Source: Pseudomonadales bacterium
Lineage (GTDB): Bacteria; Pseudomonadota; Gammaproteobacteria; Pseudomonadales; GM7GCV1
Assembly (NCBI GenBank): GCA_965221105.1
Contig: OZ244871.1
Coordinates: forward strand, 767,673 to 831,672
Direction of reading: 5' to 3'
Length of the DNA: 64,000 nucleotides
Shown here: piece by piece, positions 58,584 through 64,000 of the stretch
How the letters are laid out: each line of letters begins with the position of its first letter
How positions within the stretch are numbered: position 1 is the first letter of the stretch
Program-made: the position numbers and the translations under genes
Notes under the pieces: generated by a model
What the model saw: only the letters and a program-made list of their open reading frames with translations
Database searches by the model: none
Told to the model about the DNA's origin: nothing

Positions 58584-58764
58584 CTTGGACCTCCGGTCAG
58601 GTTTGAGCCTGGCAAGTATACAACACAGGTGCACCGGCAGAGCCCAACTTTTTCCTTGCCCACCCGAATCTCGTATTTTCCTTCCGCAGACAGGATTTAG
58701 GTTATCCGGTTCTGGTAGTATTCCGGGTTCGCTTGGAAAAGAGGTTGCCACAACCCCCTGCTCA

Positions 58765-59508
58765 ATGACCTATTGCCTTGCTTTCAAACTGGACGAAGGT
58801 CTGGTTTTCTGCTCTGACTCGCGCACCAACGCTGGTGCGGACCGTGTGAGTTCCTACTCAAAAATGCACAGGTTCTCGGTTCAGGGCGAACGTCATATGG
58901 TCATTCTCTCCGCAGGCAATCTGGCAACGAGCCAGGCCGTTCTCAGCCAGATTGAACGCGACATACAGACCGACGCGGAATTTCATTTCGGCAGGGCAGA
59001 CTACGTGTCGGATGTAGCCGACTATCTTGGGCGTATAAGCCTTGAGCAACAAAAAAAATACATCGATGCAGACAGCCCCGAAGCCGGCTACGAATCTGGT
59101 GCAAGTTTTATTGTTGGGGGACAAATCAAAGGCAACTCTATCGAACTGTACCTGATCTACGCGGAGGGGAACCATATTCGTGCGTCTGACCAGCATCCCT
59201 TCCTGCAAATTGGCGAGACCAAATACGGAAAACCCATTCTTGATCGAATTATTCGCAAGAACACACCTCACGAAGTTGCCATGCGATGCGCACTGGTATC
59301 TATGGATTCAACAATGAGCAGCAACGCTACTGTTGGCCCGCCTATCGAGCTGCTTTTTTACCCCGCAGACAGCTTTCACAACTCGAAGTACTATGTGTAC
59401 GAGGAGAATGATCCCTACTGGATGATGTTGCGGAAAAGCTGGGACGAGAAGATTCAGGATTCCTTTAACGAACTTCCACCTCTGGGTGCACTTGACTCAG
59501 ACGATTGA
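58765..59508 (+). CDS. Anbu-type proteasome beta-subunit homologue
   Basis: The N-terminus MTYCLAFKLDEGLVFCSDSRTNAG, with Thr at position 2, is characteristic of Anbu/peptidase T1-like proteins. I prefer the ATG at 58765 over the ORF-track start at 58405. Confidence 0.75.
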   Translation: MTYCLAFKLDEGLVFCSDSRTNAGADRVSSYSKMHRFSVQGERHMVILSAGNLATSQAVLSQIERDIQTDAEFHFGRADYVSDVADYLGRISLEQQKKYIDADSPEAGYESGASFIVGGQIKGNSIELYLIYAEGNHIRASDQHPFLQIGETKYGKPILDRIIRKNTPHEVAMRCALVSMDSTMSSNATVGPPIELLFYPADSFHNSKYYVYEENDPYWMMLRKSWDEKIQDSFNELPPLGALDSDD

Positions 59509-60508
59509 CCACCTCGTCTATAAAAGCAAGTTTGTTTTCAATCCGTTCTGTAATGACAAAGGGATAGGCGTCGCCCAGCCCCATACTCCGGTTTAATTCG
59601 TTCAGGGCTACTGCCAGACCTCTCCACACATGTGCCATGGATCGAAAATCCTGGGCTTGCGGCTCTCCCTTGAGCATTCCATATGCACTGGCAGTCTCCA
59701 ACGTATCAGTGATGTGCTGGTAATGGCTCCAGCATTCAGCCCAGTCTTCAAGGGGATGGCTTGGCGCATAACTGCTGATATAGGATTTTGACCAATCAGC
59801 CACTGGGCCATTGGCATAGTGTCGGTCCAGAGCTTCCTGATAGTCCATGTTCGGGTCACCAAAGAGACGGACAAATTCAGCCTTCAGGTCAGCAAACCCG
59901 GACAGATAGGCGTAGTAGTAATGACCACTTTCATGGCGCATATGTCCGAGCAGCGTACGATAGGACTCGTTCATTTCCGTCCTGACCGTTTCGCGCTCAA
60001 TATCGTCGGCTTCAAGGACGTTAATGGTGATCACACCGCCCAGATATCCCGTGCTGACAAAACTTTCCGGAAGTACGGGATTGGTGCGTTTGTCCTCGAT
60101 GAAATCGAATAGCAGTCCGTTTTTCTCATCCTGCCAGCCGTTGACAAGGGGCAAATTGAGATTGTGCAGCGAGTAGAACAGCCTTTTTTTTGCCTGCTCA
60201 AAGTGGTGCCAGCGCTCCAGGTTCTTACTGCGGGATACATCCGGGATGGTGCGGTTAAACTGACAGCCAAAGCACAGGTCGCCAGCCGCATCTGCCGGAA
60301 TTAACCAGTTGCACACCCCGTGTTCCGTGCCATTCTGACAATATCGGAAGTCCCCCTCTGCACCAAACAGGGATCCGATCCTGTTGGCTCCCCTGAGGGT
60401 ATGCATATCACCACTTACGGGATCATAACCAACAGCCTCGCCACAGTTGTTGCATGTATTGCTGTCGAAGAAAAGCGGGTGGCCGCAATCACAAAAAAAG
60501 CGACGCAT
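59465..60508 (-). CDS. Zinc-ribbon plus putative zinc metallopeptidase (HExxH) protein
   Basis: The N-terminal zinc ribbon reads CDCGHPLFFDSNTCNNCG. The HExxH motif lies in LGHMRHESGHYYY. The gene is downstream of and coupled to the alpha-E gene through a 1-nt overlap at 60508. Confidence 0.65.
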   Translation of the reverse strand: MRRFFCDCGHPLFFDSNTCNNCGEAVGYDPVSGDMHTLRGANRIGSLFGAEGDFRYCQNGTEHGVCNWLIPADAAGDLCFGCQFNRTIPDVSRSKNLERWHHFEQAKKRLFYSLHNLNLPLVNGWQDEKNGLLFDFIEDKRTNPVLPESFVSTGYLGGVITINVLEADDIERETVRTEMNESYRTLLGHMRHESGHYYYAYLSGFADLKAEFVRLFGDPNMDYQEALDRHYANGPVADWSKSYISSYAPSHPLEDWAECWSHYQHITDTLETASAYGMLKGEPQAQDFRSMAHVWRGLAVALNELNRSMGLGDAYPFVITERIENKLAFIDEVVNRLSQVHPEVEVR

Positions 60509-61434
60509 TACCTACCAGCCGGGAAAAACCAGGTATCGGAGATGGCTTCGTTGAGTTCGTACAGGTTGAGTTGCAGCTGGTCTATAACGCCGTGGATTTT
60601 ACTGGCGTACATTCTGGAGGCGTTGAACCTGTCAAGTTTGGCATGCATCTGCGCCAATATTGTCAGAGACCTCTTGTTGTTGCCCAGTCGCTTTATGCCG
60701 CGCCCAATTCGATCCAGGCAATATCGGACAGATCTCGGGAAAGCCTGGCCATTAAAGACGAAATTTACGACCTCCGGCGCTCCGACTATTGGCCCAATCT
60801 TTCTTCTGTAAGCACTCGTGGCAGACAGTGCACTGAGAATATTTGACCAGAGTGATATTTCCAGATCGGGCAGATCATGTCCATCGAGCGTTGCGATGCC
60901 GACATCTGCAGCCCGCGTAGCCATATCGCAGCGCTCCATGTATCGCCCCAGGCGGATAAACTCAAGGGATCGATCGCGATTCATTGAGCCATCGAAGAGG
61001 CCACCAATCTGCAGATTTTGCAACATTACGTGCTCCAGAAAGGCATAGCGGTTGCGCCGTTTCACCGCATCTTCCACCTGGTTGTCTACACACAGCTTGA
61101 GTTCATTCACCATTTCCCAGGCTTCCTGGGGCATCACATCTCTGGTCGTGCGCATGTTCTCGCGAGCACAATCTACCGAAGCCTTGATGGAGCCCAGGTT
61201 TTCTTCGTCCGAGAGCAAAAACTTGATGACATTCTGTTCAGTGACTTTTGAATACCTGGAATAGTAGGCTGACTCACCATCGATGATCTTGACAAGCACA
61301 TCCCAATCAACGCCCGGGTTTCTTGGCGTGTCAAGCATAAACCGGGTGTAGGCACTGACAACCCGCGACAGGCCCTCGGATCGTTCCAGGTACCTGGCGG
61401 CCCAGTAGAGCCTGTTCGCAACGCGTGCGAGCAC
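60508..61434 (-). CDS. Alpha-E domain protein
   Basis: The N-terminus MLARVANRLYWAARYLERSEGLSR is the hallmark of the alpha-E family. The gene abuts the ATP-grasp gene. Confidence 0.8.
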   Translation of the reverse strand: MLARVANRLYWAARYLERSEGLSRVVSAYTRFMLDTPRNPGVDWDVLVKIIDGESAYYSRYSKVTEQNVIKFLLSDEENLGSIKASVDCARENMRTTRDVMPQEAWEMVNELKLCVDNQVEDAVKRRNRYAFLEHVMLQNLQIGGLFDGSMNRDRSLEFIRLGRYMERCDMATRAADVGIATLDGHDLPDLEISLWSNILSALSATSAYRRKIGPIVGAPEVVNFVFNGQAFPRSVRYCLDRIGRGIKRLGNNKRSLTILAQMHAKLDRFNASRMYASKIHGVIDQLQLNLYELNEAISDTWFFPAGR

Positions 61435-62880
61435 CTACCTGTCCTCCACTATCCAGGTGTCCTTACTGCCGCCACCCTGTGAGGAATTCACCACCAGCGA
61501 GCCTTTTTTCATGGCAACGCGGGTCAACCCGCCGGCGGTCACATAACCTTTGCTTCCCTGCAGAATAAACGGACGCAAATCCAGATGTCTTGGCTCTATA
61601 TCACTGCCTATGATGCTGGGTGCCGTAGAGAGAGAAATAGTCGGCTGCGCAATGTAGTTACGTGGGTCTCTCTCTATCAGGTCTGCAAACTTTTTGTGTT
61701 CGGCAACGCTCGCATGTGGACCCACCATCAGGCCGTAGCCACCCGATTCATTTGCCGGTTTTACGACCATTTTTTCAATATTCCGGAGTACATATTCACG
61801 GTCTTTCTCGTGCATGCACAGATAGGTCTTTACGCTCCCGATTTTCGGCTCTTCCCCGAGATAGTAGCGAATCATGTCCGGCACAAAGGCGTAGATGACC
61901 TTGTCGTCAGCAACACCCGAACCTGGCGCATTGGCGATCGCCACATTGCCAGCCTTCCAGGCACCTATGAGGCCCGGCACTCCAAGAACTGAATCCGGGC
62001 GAAATGCCTGGGGATCCAGAAAGGTATCGTTTATGCGGCGGTAGATCACATCAACAGGCTGCGGTCCATCCACGGTGCGCATCATCACCAGGTTGTCTTC
62101 GTCAACAAAGAGGTCGCTGCCCTCGACCAGTTCCGCTCCCATGCTCCGGGCCAGATATGCGTGCTCAAAATAGGCGGAGTTATAGATACCTGGAGTCAAA
62201 ACTACAATGTTTGGCCGCTTCACCTGTCGTGGGGATAACGAGGCCAGTGTCTTGAACAGCTGTGAGGTGTAATCGTCTATGGGCAGTATGCTGTAGTTCT
62301 CAAACAGCTCGGGAAAGACGCGTTTTGTAATCTCACGGTTCTCAAGCATATAGGAAACCCCGGAGGGCACTCTGAGATTGTCTTCCAGCACGTAAAACCT
62401 GCCGCTCTTGCCACGAATCAGATCCGAGCCGCAGACATGAGCCCAGATACTGAAGACAGGGCTGATTCCCCTGCAGGCTTCGAGAAAATTGGGTGAGTCA
62501 AGAACAGTCTCAGCAGGCACAATCCCGTCGGCCAGAATTTTCTGTTTGTTGTAGACATCATTGATAAAGCAGTTGAGTGCGCGGGAGCGCTGGGTGAGAC
62601 CGGCAGTTACATTGTTCCATTCACTCGCACGAATGATGCGCGGAATAAGATCAAAAGGCCAGGAGCGATCAATATTGCCCTCATCCGAATACACGGTGAA
62701 GGAAATGCCCATCTCACGGATACAACGTTCGGCGGCGGAGCGCCGTTCGCCCAGTTCCTGGCGGTCCATTGCAGCAAGCACATTCAACAGGCGGCGGGCC
62801 GGCACCCGGGGGAAACCCCTGGAGCTGATCAGTTCGTCGTATGTGTCGACAGCGGGGTACTGCCTCCAGTCCTTAGGCAT
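61435..62880 (-). CDS. Circularly permuted type-2 ATP-grasp protein
   Basis: The protein is about 480 aa and has the characteristic segments RFYVLEDNLRVPSGVSYMLENR and VVKPANESGGYGLMVGP. I prefer the start at MPKDWRQY (62880). Confidence 0.8.
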   Translation of the reverse strand: MPKDWRQYPAVDTYDELISSRGFPRVPARRLLNVLAAMDRQELGERRSAAERCIREMGISFTVYSDEGNIDRSWPFDLIPRIIRASEWNNVTAGLTQRSRALNCFINDVYNKQKILADGIVPAETVLDSPNFLEACRGISPVFSIWAHVCGSDLIRGKSGRFYVLEDNLRVPSGVSYMLENREITKRVFPELFENYSILPIDDYTSQLFKTLASLSPRQVKRPNIVVLTPGIYNSAYFEHAYLARSMGAELVEGSDLFVDEDNLVMMRTVDGPQPVDVIYRRINDTFLDPQAFRPDSVLGVPGLIGAWKAGNVAIANAPGSGVADDKVIYAFVPDMIRYYLGEEPKIGSVKTYLCMHEKDREYVLRNIEKMVVKPANESGGYGLMVGPHASVAEHKKFADLIERDPRNYIAQPTISLSTAPSIIGSDIEPRHLDLRPFILQGSKGYVTAGGLTRVAMKKGSLVVNSSQGGGSKDTWIVEDR

Positions 62881-63202
62881 TCTGATCCTGTCCTGTGTCG
62901 AGCCTGACCCGCACTGGGAATAGCAGGGTACGCAACTGAGCAAGTGGGGAGAATAAACAGATCAGTGTCATTAGGCAATCTCGACGCCTCCCTGCGCATT
63001 GCTCTTCATGGTGTCTGCCAGGAGGCAGGGAACCGCACGCAAGAACATCGCGTACACCGCCGGGGCTGCGGATCATCTCAGACAAGACAGCCTGGGCCTC
63101 CCACGGGGAGCGGGGTGAAAAGGATGTGATCGGACTCCGGAGCCACATCGAAGAGCGCCTGGCCAGGCACCCAAGTCTGGCCAAAACTCTTGCCTGGTTC
63201 TC

Positions 63203-64000
63203 CTACGCCAAGTCGGTGATCTTTGGTGTTATATTCGCTTCTCCATCGACAACTGCGGCATATCCCTCAATAAGGCCCTGAGGATACCCCAGATGTATTT
63301 TGCTGACCTTGTTGAGCGCGTTCATGTGTTCATCGTCCAGGGAAAAGTCCAAAGCACCGAGATTGTCCTTGAGCTGCTCAGTGGTTCTCGCTCCGAGTAT
63401 GGGGCTGGTAATACCTGGTTGAGCTGATACCCAGTTCAATGCGACCTGCGCGGAAGAGCGTCCAATTTCCCCGGCAATGCGGTTGACCTCGTCCGCTATC
63501 CTCAAGTTCTTTTCGGTCCACAGACCCATGCCTTTCATGGACTTCAGGCGAAAATTCTCGGGATCATCAGTATCCAGATCTTTGGACGAATACTTCCCGG
63601 ACAACAGGCCAAACGCCAGCGGCGACCAGGGGGTTGTACCAATGCCCAGTTCGCGGCACATGGGCAGCAATTCCCTGTCAGATGTATGTTCAACCAGGCT
63701 GTATTGCAGTTGCAGCGCCACGAATTGACTCCAGCCCCGGAGTTCCGCCATCACGTTGCATTGAGCGATTTTCCACGCCGTTGCGTTGCTCACTCCAATA
63801 TAGAGCACTTTGCCCATGCGCACCGCGTCGTCCAAAGCGCGCATTACCTCTTCCGGGCCTGTGCGAAACTCCCACGCGTGAACATAGTACAGATCAATAT
63901 AATCGGTGTTGAGGCGTTTGAGCGAATCTTCCAGCGACGTCATCAGGTTTTTGCGATGATTCCCACCAGCATTCGGGTTTTTTGGCGACAACATACTGTT
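63203..64000 (-). CDS. Aldo/keto reductase (5' end outside window)
   Basis: The motif LKRLNTDYIDLYYVHAW and the C-terminal AKR pattern are present. The frame stays open to the last base of the window. Confidence 0.85.
   Translation of the reverse strand, partial: NSMLSPKNPNAGGNHRKNLMTSLEDSLKRLNTDYIDLYYVHAWEFRTGPEEVMRALDDAVRMGKVLYIGVSNATAWKIAQCNVMAELRGWSQFVALQLQYSLVEHTSDRELLPMCRELGIGTTPWSPLAFGLLSGKYSSKDLDTDDPENFRLKSMKGMGLWTEKNLRIADEVNRIAGEIGRSSAQVALNWVSAQPGITSPILGARTTEQLKDNLGALDFSLDDEHMNALNKVSKIHLGYPQGLIEGYAAVVDGEANITPKITDLA

Overview
The window looks like a gammaproteobacterial-type chromosome segment made of two very different parts. The right part (about 28.7-64 kb) is mostly housekeeping. 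It carries guaB-guaA, xseA, an SLC13-type permease, aceE-aceF, an AI-2E transporter, a BepA-like M48 protease, nadA and a GlcD-like FAD oxidase. It also carries an RND pump with its adaptor, cardiolipin synthase with an EEP-family protein, a DksA/TraR zinc finger protein, two metallophosphoesterases, an MFS transporter and a partial aldo/keto reductase. Two things interrupt this core region. One is a TnpB-only insertion element. The other is a poorly understood Anbu (proteasome-like) / circularly permuted ATP-grasp / alpha-E / zinc-peptidase cluster. The left part (1 to about 28.7 kb) is a mosaic accessory region that abuts the 3' end of guaA. Its centre is a complete DISARM anti-phage locus. 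That locus has drmD and drmMI on the + strand, converging stop-to-stop on HTH, a C5-methyltransferase, drmA, drmB and drmC on the - strand. Next to it lie an uncharacterised 762-aa GTPase-like P-loop protein with an integrase-arm-like N-terminus, and a divergent XRE regulator sitting on a perfect 18-bp palindrome. Beyond these are the eroded remains of another module: a 3'-truncated unknown gene, an SNF2 helicase and a 5'-truncated BrxR/CapW-like WYL regulator. The whole 22.3-kb cassette is bracketed by 1,040-bp direct repeats that appear identical. Each repeat contains a decayed rve-integrase fragment, an orphan ParE-like ORF and the last 12 nt of guaA. An IS256-family element with a 9-bp target duplication splits a small HTH gene just upstream of drmD. 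Further left are a PIN-like/UPF0175 toxin-antitoxin pair, a DUF4143-type ATPase and the 3' part of another SNF2 helicase. I saw no rRNA, tRNA or CRISPR array. All functional calls rest on motif recognition by eye. No database search was run.
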